In this document: in pieces, positions 28,186 to 38,012 of the stretch | Numbering within the stretch: position 1 is the first letter of the stretch | Layout: each line of letters opens with the position of its first letter | Assembly (NCBI GenBank): GCA_947626565.1 | Contig: CANQSQ010000002.1 | Location: 1,003-65,002 of the forward strand | Direction: 5' to 3' | DNA length: 64,000 nucleotides | Source: an uncultured Bacilli bacterium | GTDB taxonomy: Bacteria > Bacillota_I > Bacilli_A > RF39 > UBA660 | Made by a program: the position numbers and the translations under genes | The notes under the pieces: generated by a model | Seen by the model: only the letters and a program-made list of their open reading frames with translations | Database searches by the model: none | Told to the model about the DNA's origin: nothing

Positions 28186-31147
28186 GGTGAGAAAATTTGG
28201 GGTTGTGCTAGTTGTTATTATTGCCTTAATTGTAGCAGTATTAAATGTAAATGCTGAAGATAAAAAAGATGATACTAAGACAAATGACAGTAGTTCAAAT
28301 GTACAAACAAATGGCAGTGGAAAAACTTGTCCAAAAGCTCGAGCTATGGATAAATATGAATTAGACATTGGACTAATTGATGATGATAATTATGTAACAG
28401 TTACTGCTAAAGAGGGATCCTTTAAAATATATGAAGGTGGTAATTCCAATCTTGTTGATGAAAGTGGTAATGTTGTTAAACCAAATGTTAATTATGCTGA
28501 TGTAATTTTAAATTATAATGAAGTTAAAGATGCAATTTTAACTAAAGATTCTCCTCTTAAATTACATTTAGATGCTTCTAAACTAAAAACAAATTATGAT
28601 GGAACGATAGAAATAGTATTTTTGTTAGCAGCAAGTGATGATTTGTGTGATGCAGGACAATATTATGAAGTATTGGCAACATCAATTAATACAACTAGTT
28701 TAGAGGATGTTGCGACTAAGGATAATGAACAATATAATACATTGTGTCGTGCTATTAGAGAAGGAGCTAGAAATGTTGGTATTTCTAATGATGTAATGGA
28801 TTTATATAATGCAGATGGGTTATCTTTTTATAAAGAATATGCTGAATATTGTTGGAATGCAAAAGTATTTGTTAGTTTAACAGATAGCCAAGTAAAAGAT
28901 TTAATCTCTGATACAATTGAAAGTTATTATTATGTTAATTATCAAGATTATGTAAATACAGATACATCTTTTGGTGAAGCCTTTAATGCTTCAAAAAATA
29001 GTGCTTGTAATGCTACAAATAAATCTACACATTGTTTTGAAGATATAAAGTCATCTGATTTGACAGTTAAAAATTTAAAATGTAATTCTAATTATAGTTT
29101 AGGTAATGTTTCTCAAGAATATACATATCCTAATATAACATCTTATTATGGAAAAAATGTTACTGATTATAAGGTTACTTATGAGTATCATAAAACTGGT
29201 TCTGGTTGGTTAAAAGATGGTAAAGGAAATGTATTAAGAACTAATTATGGTTCTACAGAAAAAGAAGATAAAACTGTTTGTAAGAGAGTCTGTGAAGAAG
29301 CCGTTGATGTAGAATATGGTCCTCCGGTTGCTTCAATTGCTGGTGGTTGTTTTGAATATCGAGTTAAAGTTACAAGTAGAGTAAAATGTACAGGTGAAGT
29401 AACTCCTGGTAGTACTCCTGTAAAAAGTAAAGTATGTGAGCCTATACCTAACTGTGCTAATAGAGCAGTTGGGGCATACCATGAACATCAAGGTGGACCA
29501 GTAATTGATTTTGATCAATGTGTAAATGAATGTGATGGTGGAAAATATACAAAACAATGTAGTACTAAATGCTATAAAAAAGTTTATGGTAGTAATTTAG
29601 GAAAAATGGCTGCTGATATGTTTGAAGCAGAAGTAGAAAAAATGCAGTTAAGATCTTTCCAATACTCTGATACTTATCAAGTTAATAATGGTACAATTTG
29701 TGCTTTAGGTGATGGTTATGCAAGATGGTATCGTATTAATGAAGATGCTAAAACTAAAGGAGATCATGGTACTTATACTTGGTGGGATTGTGGATTTAAA
29801 CGTCGTAATTATGGAGGCAGTGTATGTGGAGAAGTATGTTCATTTAAAACATATGGATGCAATAGTGGATACTTAAATCATATCGATGTTGATTATGATT
29901 ATAGTCAAAATCTTAATGCTTATAATACTAAAGTAAAAGAATGTAAGGCTGCAGCTAGTTGTACAACAAAGACCGCTGAATTTACAATGTCTGCTACATA
30001 TACAGATGGTGAAAATAGAGAAATAACAGTAGATTATCCATTATCAAGTAAATCTTCATTAGATTCAACTACATCGGGAACTGTTTCAGCTAAGGATAAA
30101 TTAAAGAAAGATGCTAATAAAGATACAGTAATATATGATTATAATGGATGTTATAATGGACCAGATGCTAGAGATTTCTATCAGACAGAAATTACTTTCC
30201 CAGGCGTTTGGAAAAATAATAAGACACAAGAAATATCATTCCAAAGACCAAGTAATACTAAAGGTTGGTATCTAGATAAAGTTAAATTCTGTTTACCATT
30301 TGATGCACAAAATGTTAATGTTCAATGGTGGAACTGGTATTACAATAAATTAGCAGAACAGAATGGTGATGATAATTATTATTATGAGTCTAACGAATAT
30401 AGTAGTGTGTGTGATGCAATAAAGAATGTTGCAACTGCACCTTATAATCCTTCAAGTATTAAATATAATATTAATGCAGATGTTAAGAATTTTGGATACT
30501 TCGGTTGGAACTTTAATATAAAATGTTTCTATGCTTTAAATAATAATCCAACTACTTCACCAAAAGATGATGCTAATAAGTGTCTTACAGATCCATTAAA
30601 TTATAGTGTAAGAAGTGTAAATAATTCGAATTTATTCCCTGATCCAGATGAAGCTGTAAGTGTTGGAACGGATTATAGTTCGACTGGAAGACAACCTGGA
30701 TTTAACTGGACTTCTTCAGCAACGATTCCAGCTTCTAAAGCAACAACGGGTTACGGAACTAGTGATTATTATGTTAATCCAGAATTGTTAATAGCTAAGA
30801 TTCAAAAACGTGGTGATTCAATTTATAATAATGATAGTGAGTATTTGGATTATGATTTCCATTTAACGCCTGAAATGTTGAATAAATTGAGAGATTATAA
30901 TAAGGTAGCTAAATCATATACGCAATTTAATGGTCAATTCTATGATTCAAAAGATCAAATAAGTAAATATGGATTGATATTATATAAGAGTAACTTGTTT
31001 AACTTTAGTGGTTCTGAATCAACAAGTACAGGATACGCTAACTTGCTAGGTAATGTTGGTGGTAAGTATGTTAGAGCTGTTGGTAATGTTGGATGTAATA
31101 ATGATGCTTCAGGTTTTGGATGTGAATCATCTTCAAGTTTAGATTAA
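28169..31147 (+). CDS. Large secreted cysteine-rich protein
   Basis: Signal peptide (...LNVNA/ED), about 30 Cys in 992 aa, no C-terminal anchor. Confidence 0.75.
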   Translation: MKAKHKVRKFGVVLVVIIALIVAVLNVNAEDKKDDTKTNDSSSNVQTNGSGKTCPKARAMDKYELDIGLIDDDNYVTVTAKEGSFKIYEGGNSNLVDESGNVVKPNVNYADVILNYNEVKDAILTKDSPLKLHLDASKLKTNYDGTIEIVFLLAASDDLCDAGQYYEVLATSINTTSLEDVATKDNEQYNTLCRAIREGARNVGISNDVMDLYNADGLSFYKEYAEYCWNAKVFVSLTDSQVKDLISDTIESYYYVNYQDYVNTDTSFGEAFNASKNSACNATNKSTHCFEDIKSSDLTVKNLKCNSNYSLGNVSQEYTYPNITSYYGKNVTDYKVTYEYHKTGSGWLKDGKGNVLRTNYGSTEKEDKTVCKRVCEEAVDVEYGPPVASIAGGCFEYRVKVTSRVKCTGEVTPGSTPVKSKVCEPIPNCANRAVGAYHEHQGGPVIDFDQCVNECDGGKYTKQCSTKCYKKVYGSNLGKMAADMFEAEVEKMQLRSFQYSDTYQVNNGTICALGDGYARWYRINEDAKTKGDHGTYTWWDCGFKRRNYGGSVCGEVCSFKTYGCNSGYLNHIDVDYDYSQNLNAYNTKVKECKAAASCTTKTAEFTMSATYTDGENREITVDYPLSSKSSLDSTTSGTVSAKDKLKKDANKDTVIYDYNGCYNGPDARDFYQTEITFPGVWKNNKTQEISFQRPSNTKGWYLDKVKFCLPFDAQNVNVQWWNWYYNKLAEQNGDDNYYYESNEYSSVCDAIKNVATAPYNPSSIKYNINADVKNFGYFGWNFNIKCFYALNNNPTTSPKDDANKCLTDPLNYSVRSVNNSNLFPDPDEAVSVGTDYSSTGRQPGFNWTSSATIPASKATTGYGTSDYYVNPELLIAKIQKRGDSIYNNDSEYLDYDFHLTPEMLNKLRDYNKVAKSYTQFNGQFYDSKDQISKYGLILYKSNLFNFSGSESTSTGYANLLGNVGGKYVRAVGNVGCNNDASGFGCESSSSLD

Positions 31148-31167
31148 TAGGAGGGTGAAAATAGAGT

Positions 31168-31644
31168 ATGAATAAAGGTATGTTAACAGTAGGAATTATA
31201 ATTTTATCTCTTATAGCTTTGTTATTAGTAAATGTTATAAATAACTATTCAACAGGTGGAGAACTTGATTTCTACTTATTAAAAGAAACGACATCGGCTG
31301 CTATGGAAGATGCAGTAGATATAAATTATGCTAGAGATCATGGTTTAGTTAGAATAGACAAAGAGAAGTTCGTTGAGAGCTTCCTTCGTCGATTCGCAGA
31401 TGGTGTAGATAATACTAGAACTTATGATATTAAGTTTTATGATATTAATGAAATTCCACCAAAGGTTAGTATTAAAGTTAATTCAAATACTGTTTTAAGT
31501 TTTGATGGACAATCTGCAGGGATTGAAACAAGAATTAATTCAATTATTGAATCTAAAAACATTGGTAATCCTAAAGTTGAAAGTGGCTTAGAGAATAACT
31601 TTGATGATACTGGTAGAGCTATGGGTACTAGAAGAAATCGTTAG
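31168..31644 (+). CDS. DUF5411-like protein (TadE/pseudopilin-like)
   Basis: N-terminal hydrophobic helix, YLLKETTSAAMEDAVD, EKFVESFLRRF, DINEIPPKVSI; first gene of the tad block. Confidence 0.65.
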   Translation: MNKGMLTVGIIILSLIALLLVNVINNYSTGGELDFYLLKETTSAAMEDAVDINYARDHGLVRIDKEKFVESFLRRFADGVDNTRTYDIKFYDINEIPPKVSIKVNSNTVLSFDGQSAGIETRINSIIESKNIGNPKVESGLENNFDDTGRAMGTRRNR

Positions 31645-31659
31645 AAAAGAGGGAAAATA

Positions 31660-32475
31660 ATGGGAAATTTAGGACAAAGTATTAAAAAATTTGCGCAAAA
31701 CAAAAATACTGTTACTGTGGTTGGTGTTATATTAGCAATTGTTGTTTTATATGTAGCATATAATATGCGTGTAAAATCAGCAATTAATCCTATTAATGTG
31801 CCTTATGCTTTAAAGCAGATTAACCCAGGAGAGCAAATAACAGAGGATATGGTGGGAGTTAAACAAATACCACCTTCAATGATTGATGGAGCTGATGTTT
31901 ATACTAATCAAGGTGATGTTATTGATAAATATTCTGCAGCTGATTCAGTTATACCTGAAGGTAGTTTATTCTATGAAAGAGCAGTAGTTGAAAAAGAACA
32001 ATTGCCTGCTAATATTATTCTTGATTATCCTAAAGGATACGTTTTATATAATTTAGCCGTTGATTCTACTTCAACATATGGTAACTCAGTATATCCAGGA
32101 AACTATATTGATATTTATCTAAAAGCAGTAAATAAGGTAACAGATGAAACACAATTAAAAGAAGACGATAATAAGATTATGTTAGGTAAATTAATTTCTA
32201 ATATTAAAGTATTAGCAGTTAAAGATGCTTCTGGACAACCTGTATTTGCAAATATGGATGAGCAAAGAACACCTGCTATGGTAGTATTTGCAGTACCAGA
32301 AGAATACTACATCTTATTAAAGAAAGCTGAATATTTAAGAACTTATGATTCAACATTAATTTTAGTTCCTACTAATGAAAGTTTGAAAGATGAACCTGAT
32401 GATTTGGAAATTAGTAGTGAAATGTTAAAAGATTGGATTAATAGAGTTACTTATTGGGATGAAAATTACGAATAA
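31660..32475 (+). CDS. cpaB: Flp pilus assembly protein CpaB/RcpC-like (SAF domain)
   Basis: TM, then VPYALKQINPGEQITEDMV (SAF), GNSVYPGNYIDIY, NIKVLAV. Confidence 0.8.
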   Translation: MGNLGQSIKKFAQNKNTVTVVGVILAIVVLYVAYNMRVKSAINPINVPYALKQINPGEQITEDMVGVKQIPPSMIDGADVYTNQGDVIDKYSAADSVIPEGSLFYERAVVEKEQLPANIILDYPKGYVLYNLAVDSTSTYGNSVYPGNYIDIYLKAVNKVTDETQLKEDDNKIMLGKLISNIKVLAVKDASGQPVFANMDEQRTPAMVVFAVPEEYYILLKKAEYLRTYDSTLILVPTNESLKDEPDDLEISSEMLKDWINRVTYWDENYE

Positions 32476-32495
32476 AAGAATAAAGGGTGAGTATA

Positions 32496-34154
32496 ATGAA
32501 CGAAAATATATTTGATAAGTTAGATTTTGGACCATTGAGATCATTATTGGATAATGATGATGTTACAGATATTTCGTATGATAATAATGGTCAGATATGG
32601 ATACGTTCACTTACTCAAGGTTCAATGAGAGTAGAAGTTGAAGGGGCAACTCCAGAGTTTATAGAAAAGTTAGCTTTTCAATGTTCTAATGTTATGGGAA
32701 CAACTTTCAATAATGCTAAACCTTTTCTAGATGCTGAATCTGCTGAGTTGCGTCTTAACTTTGTACATCAGTCAATTGCTACAAATGGAATTGCACTAGT
32801 TATACGTAAAACACCAGCTAAGATTAGATTGGAAAAATCTAAATTAATTCAAGAAGATTATTTTACTAATGATATTCATGATTTTTTAATAAAATGTGTT
32901 GAAGGTCACTGTAATATCATGGTAGCTGGAGAAACTGGTTCTGGTAAAACAGAATTTGTAAAATATCTAGCTAGTCATACTAAAACGAATGAAAAAATTA
33001 TTACAATTGAAGATACATTAGAGCTTCACTTGGATAAGATTTTTCCACAAAGAGATATTGTAGCGATGAAGACTAATAATGTAGCTAGTTACTCAGATGT
33101 ATTAGTTACATGTATGCGTCAAAATCCAAAATGGATTTTGTTATCAGAGGTTCGTAGTGCTGAAGCTGTTTCAGCAGTAAGAAACTCAATTTCTTCAGGA
33201 CATAATATTTTGTCAACAATCCATGCTGATAAAGCATCAGCTATTCCATATCGTTTATATTCTTTAATGGAAACGGATTTGGATGTAAACCAATTTTTGA
33301 GTACGATTTATCGTTATATTCAATTAGGAGTTCATATAAAGGCTTTTTATAGTAAAGAATATGGTAAATTTCACCGTGAGTTGGATGAAGTGTGTGAGTT
33401 TTATGTTGATGAAAATAATGTCCCACAAGCTAAAGTTATTTATCAAAAATTATTTGGTAAACCTGTAATGATTAAACCTAGTGACCATTTGATAGAGTAT
33501 TTGGAAAATCAAAATATTGAAGTTCAAGACATTGTATCAAAGTTACCTTTAGAAATGCCATTTAAGGAAAATGGGAATGAAATGGACTTGAGTAAGTTTG
33601 ATTTGGATGATGGTACTTCTGATAATGGTTCTGTTAGTGATAAAAATGATGATGGTACAACAGCTGAGGAACAAAAGAGTAGTCCAGTAGAAGATGATAA
33701 AAATAGTAGTCAAGATTCTGTAGAAAAAGAGGTTGAAACTACACCGGTTACTCCAGTAGCAAGTACTGAGACAGTTGCAAGTACACCTCCAGTAGTTAAT
33801 ACTGAGGTAAGTGCTGTTACTACTCCAGTAGCGGGTGCTGATGCAAGTAATGAGGTAAGTGCTGCTCCTCCAGTAGCTAATACTGAAACAGTTGCAAGTA
33901 CACCTCCAGTAGTTAATACTGAGGTAAGTGATGTTACTACTCCAGTAGCGGGTGTTGATGTAGGTAATGAGGTAAGTGCTGCTCCTCCAGTAGCTAATAC
34001 TGGGACAGGCACAAGTATACCAGTAGTTAGTACTGATGCAAGTGCTACTGCTCCGGTTACTAGTACTGATGTTGTTGCACCAGGGACAGTTGTAGCGAAT
34101 AGTACTAATAATCAAATACAAGTACCACTTACTAAACTAGATCTTGATGAATAG
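32496..34154 (+). CDS. cpaF: Tad pilus ATPase CpaF/TadA with low-complexity C-terminal extension
   Basis: GPLRSLLDNDDVTDI, IRK, Walker A GETGSGKT, IEDTLEL, SEVRS, GH...STIHA; ATG chosen after gggtga (GTG at 32487 is the alternative). Confidence 0.9.
   Translation: MNENIFDKLDFGPLRSLLDNDDVTDISYDNNGQIWIRSLTQGSMRVEVEGATPEFIEKLAFQCSNVMGTTFNNAKPFLDAESAELRLNFVHQSIATNGIALVIRKTPAKIRLEKSKLIQEDYFTNDIHDFLIKCVEGHCNIMVAGETGSGKTEFVKYLASHTKTNEKIITIEDTLELHLDKIFPQRDIVAMKTNNVASYSDVLVTCMRQNPKWILLSEVRSAEAVSAVRNSISSGHNILSTIHADKASAIPYRLYSLMETDLDVNQFLSTIYRYIQLGVHIKAFYSKEYGKFHRELDEVCEFYVDENNVPQAKVIYQKLFGKPVMIKPSDHLIEYLENQNIEVQDIVSKLPLEMPFKENGNEMDLSKFDLDDGTSDNGSVSDKNDDGTTAEEQKSSPVEDDKNSSQDSVEKEVETTPVTPVASTETVASTPPVVNTEVSAVTTPVAGADASNEVSAAPPVANTETVASTPPVVNTEVSDVTTPVAGVDVGNEVSAAPPVANTGTGTSIPVVSTDASATAPVTSTDVVAPGTVVANSTNNQIQVPLTKLDLDE
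33742..34080 (+). repeat. 117-bp tandem repeat (Pro/Val/Thr-rich) in the TadA tail
   Basis: ctccagtagc..atactg at 33751, 33868 and 33985; unit TETVASTPPVVNTEVSxVTTPVAGxDxxNEVSAAPPVAN. Confidence 0.9.
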
Positions 34155-34168
34155 AAAGGAGTAAACCT

Positions 34169-35071
34169 ATGTATATAGAAGAGTTATTATTTATAATACT
34201 AGTCGTTTTAGGAATCTTTTTATACAGAAATTATAAGGGAGAAAATGTAGGCAAGTATGTATTAAATCAAGTTCAAGGTGTTTATGATAAGTTTGCTCCA
34301 TATTCTTTTAAAATGGTTCGTGAAAAGACTAAAGAGTTAGGTCAGGAATATACTCCTAGACAGTATATGATTCAGATTCTTGTTATTTCTGGTTTTACAG
34401 CTGTAGTTACGTATTTGTATTTTTATAATTTAGTTATATCAATTGTATATGTACTTGTTTCAATGATGTTTGTTCCATACTTATCATATTTAAGATGTAA
34501 GAGAATTTATAGTGAGTTTTTATTTGAACAAATACAAGTTTATACATCCAATGTTATTATGGAATTTGCTACGACACAATCATTTGTTAAGGCACTTGAA
34601 GGAGTTAAAAATTCAGGAGTACTTGAAGATCCAGTACTTAGTGATGTTGATCAAATGATTAGTATGTCTTATAGTAATGGTACTATTGATGAAGCTCTAA
34701 ATTATATGAGTAAATTATATCCATATTATATAGTTAAAAATATGCACCAATTATTTTTACAAATTACTAAAGAGGGTGCAAGAGATTCTTCAGAATCGTT
34801 GGAAAATATGCAACAAGATATCGATATGTTAGTTGAAAGTGTATATCGTGATAGAATTGAAAGAGCATCTTTCCATAAGTCTTTTTTACAATTTGGTGTC
34901 ATGCTGTATTTGATGGTTATGTTAGTTCAATACTTATTAGGTAGAGAGACATATTTAGTTTTGTTGGATAGATGGTATGTTTCAGGACTTTTACATGGAG
35001 TATTGATAGTTAATACTTACTTCCTATTAAAAGGTGAAAAATACTATAATGAGAATGTAGGTGCAGAGTAA
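34169..35071 (+). CDS. tadB: TadB-like pilus platform membrane protein
   Basis: Follows TadA; TM pair, helical T2SSF-like region (SFVKALE...GTIDEAL), C-terminal TM pair. Confidence 0.7.
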   Translation: MYIEELLFIILVVLGIFLYRNYKGENVGKYVLNQVQGVYDKFAPYSFKMVREKTKELGQEYTPRQYMIQILVISGFTAVVTYLYFYNLVISIVYVLVSMMFVPYLSYLRCKRIYSEFLFEQIQVYTSNVIMEFATTQSFVKALEGVKNSGVLEDPVLSDVDQMISMSYSNGTIDEALNYMSKLYPYYIVKNMHQLFLQITKEGARDSSESLENMQQDIDMLVESVYRDRIERASFHKSFLQFGVMLYLMVMLVQYLLGRETYLVLLDRWYVSGLLHGVLIVNTYFLLKGEKYYNENVGAE

Positions 35072-35880
35072 TGGAGATAGTAATTGTAGGAGCAATTATC
35101 TTATTTGTATTAGTATATAATCATACTATTGATAAAGATAAGTTTTTTGCTGATAATCAAAAATATTTGGAAGTAGTAAGAGAAGAAGATTATACTTTTC
35201 TTGTATATGCAAGATATGGTGAAGATGTTGATGCTGATGCTTTGTACATGAAAAGAATTACATATGCAGCTATTGTCTTCTTTATTGTTTTAGCTTTTAC
35301 TATTAGTTCAGCTGATACAGCTGAAATTATAAATTCACAGTTTTTCTTAAATTTGGTGTTTGCATCAGTTGTAGCCGTGTTAGTATTTAAGATGCCATAT
35401 ACACAATTAAAACAATATTATAAAGCACATTTGCATGAAATTGATATTATGTTGCCATACTATTTAAAGAGTTTGGAAATATTAATTCAACATTATACGG
35501 TTCCAGTTGCGATTGGTAAATCGATAGAAGATGCACCAGAAATATTTAAACCAGGATTAAGAAAGATGATTGATCGAATTAATTCAGGTGATGCATCAGT
35601 TGATCCTTATATGGAATTTGCTAATACTTATCCAGTTAGAGATTCAATGCGAATGATGAGACTTTTATATCGTCTAGGAATTGGTTCTCAAGAAGGAAAA
35701 CAAGAAAGACTTATGATGTTTGCTAGAACAGTTTCTTCATTACAAAATAAAGCAAGAGAAACTAAATATAAAGAAAGACTTAATCACATGGAAAGTCAAA
35801 CAATGGTAATGCTTGTTGTTACAGGTATTGGTGTTATGCTTATAATATTAATTTCTATGATGATGATGTTTAGTATGTAA
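35071..35880 (+). CDS. tadC: TadC-like pilus platform membrane protein
   Basis: IDIMLPYYLKSLEIL...VPVAI T2SSF-like segment; coupled to tadB (TAATG). Confidence 0.7.
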   Translation: MEIVIVGAIILFVLVYNHTIDKDKFFADNQKYLEVVREEDYTFLVYARYGEDVDADALYMKRITYAAIVFFIVLAFTISSADTAEIINSQFFLNLVFASVVAVLVFKMPYTQLKQYYKAHLHEIDIMLPYYLKSLEILIQHYTVPVAIGKSIEDAPEIFKPGLRKMIDRINSGDASVDPYMEFANTYPVRDSMRMMRLLYRLGIGSQEGKQERLMMFARTVSSLQNKARETKYKERLNHMESQTMVMLVVTGIGVMLIILISMMMMFSM

Positions 35881-35896
35881 AATATATGAAATAATA

Positions 35897-35925
35897 TTGT
35901 TAATTAGAAAAAATTTTGTTATAAT
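35897..35925 (+). promoter_or_regulatory. Internal promoter for the Flp-like pilin
   Basis: TTGTTA-17 bp-TATAAT with TG extension. Confidence 0.65.
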
Positions 35926-35957
35926 CATTTTAGAATAGTTGAAAGGAGTGGTAAATT

Positions 35958-36122
35958 ATGAAGGCAGCAACAGGTGAATTAAACTTGACAGTTATTACTT
36001 TGATTGCTATTGCAGCAGTAATTGGTTTCTTCTGGTTAATGTGGCCAAATATCCAAAATGCAATTAACTCTCAATGGAGTAATATTTCTAGTAACCATGG
36101 TATGGTAGTAATTGAAAGATAA
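35958..36122 (+). CDS. Flp-like major pilin candidate (54 aa), not in ORF track
   Basis: Strong RBS gaaaggag; MKAATGELNLTVITLIAIAAVIGFFWLMWPNIQNAINSQWSNISSNHGMVVIER*; size, hydrophobic-then-amphipathic helix and position after tadC match Flp. Confidence 0.8.
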   Translation: MKAATGELNLTVITLIAIAAVIGFFWLMWPNIQNAINSQWSNISSNHGMVVIER

Positions 36123-36136
36123 ATGAGGTGGATTAG

Positions 36137-36574
36137 ATGCGTGATGCTTTTGGAGGAATTGTAAATATTGCTATTATAGTAGTGTTTTTAGTAATTGTTT
36201 CTGGTTATTTAGCATTTAATGTTAATTATACGAAGGCTTTTAGAGTTAAAAATAAAATAATTTCAACTTATGAAGAATATGAAGGTGCTTGTCAACAACC
36301 TAATGGTGATTGTCGGACTAAGATTCGTGAGTATATAAATGATGTAGGTTATAATGCTGGCAAAATGCGAGTTAGTGATACATCTTTTGCTTGTCAAGAC
36401 GAAGGTTATTGTGTAAAGAAAGTAAGAGATACAACGATTACTGATGGTGAAGAAAGAGCACATTTTGAAATTATTACTCAGATAAATATTAATATACCAA
36501 TAATTAATAATATAATGGGACTTAGTATTTTTCAGGTACGTGGTTCTACTAAAACTATAGTTATTCCAAGCTAA
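36137..36574 (+). CDS. TadE-like minor pilin
   Basis: MRDAFGG + hydrophobic helix, four Cys, C-terminal ININIPII...FQVRGST beta segment. Confidence 0.65.
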   Translation: MRDAFGGIVNIAIIVVFLVIVSGYLAFNVNYTKAFRVKNKIISTYEEYEGACQQPNGDCRTKIREYINDVGYNAGKMRVSDTSFACQDEGYCVKKVRDTTITDGEERAHFEIITQININIPIINNIMGLSIFQVRGSTKTIVIPS

Positions 36575-36586
36575 TGGTGAAAATGT

Positions 36587-37621
36587 ATGAATGTTATAAT
36601 TTGTAATGAACAGCAAGATCAATTAGCAACTTTGGATATAGATGTAATAAAGAATATGACAGGTTCTTTTGAACCTAATGAAATAGTAGAAATGTTTAGA
36701 AGTTTCTTCTATAGTAAGATGATATTGGATGTTACAGCTATTAAACATTATACTGAATTAAAGAGTTATGAAATAATTGCTAAAGGATTAGATCCTAATA
36801 AGATTATATTCTTTTTACCGGAAGGTAGCACTTTATGTGCAGCAAGTTTTTTATCAAATTTAATTGATCTTGGAATATATAATTTTACTACTAATTTTGA
36901 AGGTATAAAGTATTTATTAAAAAAGACTAATACACTTAAAGATGTTGAACATATTAAACAGATGGGTAATACAGGAGCATCTGTTGTTACTAACAATATT
37001 ACAAATATCCAAAGTGCTACAGATTTAGTAGCTTCTAAGAGTTATAGTAGTAATTCTATTGTATTGGGATTTAAAAATATAACTGATCACGCAGGAGCAA
37101 CAACACTTATTTATATGTTAAAAGGAGAGTTAGAATCTTCTTTTGGAAAAGATAATGTTGTGGCTTTAGAAGTTGATAAAAATGAATTCGCATTATTTAA
37201 TGATAAAAATATGATTTCTGTTAAGTCAACAGATATAAAAGCAGCTATAAATAAATTTAATGTAAAGGTTGTACTAGTTGATTTAAATGGAATTTCAGAT
37301 AGTACTATGTGTTCGGAAGTTTTCCATTTAATAGAACCAAGCACGATAAAATTGAATAAATTGATTAGGAAAAATAGAACGATTTTTACTAATCTGCAAA
37401 ATAGAAAAGTTATACTTAATCAGAGTTTACTAATGAATAATGATGTTGCAGATTTTGAATCTGAAGCCAATATTAGAGTATTTTTTAATATTCCGCCTTT
37501 GGATGATAGAAAGAAGAATGGAATATTGAATGACTTTTTAATAAAAATTGGTTTAGTTAATAGCCCTATGATTCAAAGAAGAGAAGGTGCTGGTAGAATA
37601 TTTGGTTTATTTAGGCGCTAA
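36587..37621 (+). CDS. TadZ/CpaE-like protein (receiver-like domain + degenerate P-loop)
   Basis: Receiver-like N-terminus (ILDV...LIDLGIYNF), then IVLGFKNITDHAGATT deviant Walker A, VVLVDL, IPPLD. Confidence 0.6.
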   Translation: MNVIICNEQQDQLATLDIDVIKNMTGSFEPNEIVEMFRSFFYSKMILDVTAIKHYTELKSYEIIAKGLDPNKIIFFLPEGSTLCAASFLSNLIDLGIYNFTTNFEGIKYLLKKTNTLKDVEHIKQMGNTGASVVTNNITNIQSATDLVASKSYSSNSIVLGFKNITDHAGATTLIYMLKGELESSFGKDNVVALEVDKNEFALFNDKNMISVKSTDIKAAINKFNVKVVLVDLNGISDSTMCSEVFHLIEPSTIKLNKLIRKNRTIFTNLQNRKVILNQSLLMNNDVADFESEANIRVFFNIPPLDDRKKNGILNDFLIKIGLVNSPMIQRREGAGRIFGLFRR

Positions 37622-37633
37622 GTTATTTATTAA

Positions 37634-37662
37634 TTGACAAATTTATAATATAATATTATAAT
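37634..37662 (+). promoter_or_regulatory. Perfect consensus SigA promoter for the VirB2-like pilin
   Basis: TTGACA (37634-39), 17 bp, TATAAT (37657-62). Confidence 0.85.
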
Positions 37663-37684
37663 GTTAAATGAAGGAGAGGTAGTT

Positions 37685-37999
37685 ATGGCAAATACAGATT
37701 CTTGTGGTGGATTATTACCATTAGTAAAGGTTGTAAGAAAAGGTGTTTTTCCGTTAGTACAAATATTTATTCCAATTGCTTTAATTATATATGGTACTAT
37801 CGATTTAGGTAAGGCTGTTATTGTAAGCGATGAAAAAGAGGTTAAGGCAGCACAAAGCAGATTAATTAAACGTATTATTTATGCTGTATTGATTTTCTTT
37901 GTAGTAGTTATAGTTTCTGCTGTTATGAATATCGTTGCAACAGGTGGAGAAGGAGATACTTCTGGATGGCAAGCTTGTTGGTCAGCAGCCGCTAATTAG
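37685..37999 (+). CDS. VirB2/TrbC-like T4SS pilin
   Basis: RBS aaggagagg, ATG 37685; two hydrophobic helices around KAVIVSDEKEVKAAQSRLIKR. Confidence 0.75.
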   Translation: MANTDSCGGLLPLVKVVRKGVFPLVQIFIPIALIIYGTIDLGKAVIVSDEKEVKAAQSRLIKRIIYAVLIFFVVVIVSAVMNIVATGGEGDTSGWQACWSAAAN

Positions 38000-38012
38000 A
38001 CATTATGTTAAA

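Noticed and set aside
33742-34080. Repeat as CRISPR-like or non-coding array
   Set aside because: Units are in-frame multiples of three, inside the TadA reading frame, and have no unique spacers.
33241-34121. Minus-strand ORFs 33241-33426, 33549-34121 and 33710-34012
   Set aside because: Antisense shadows of tadA and its tandem repeat; no RBS or independent features.
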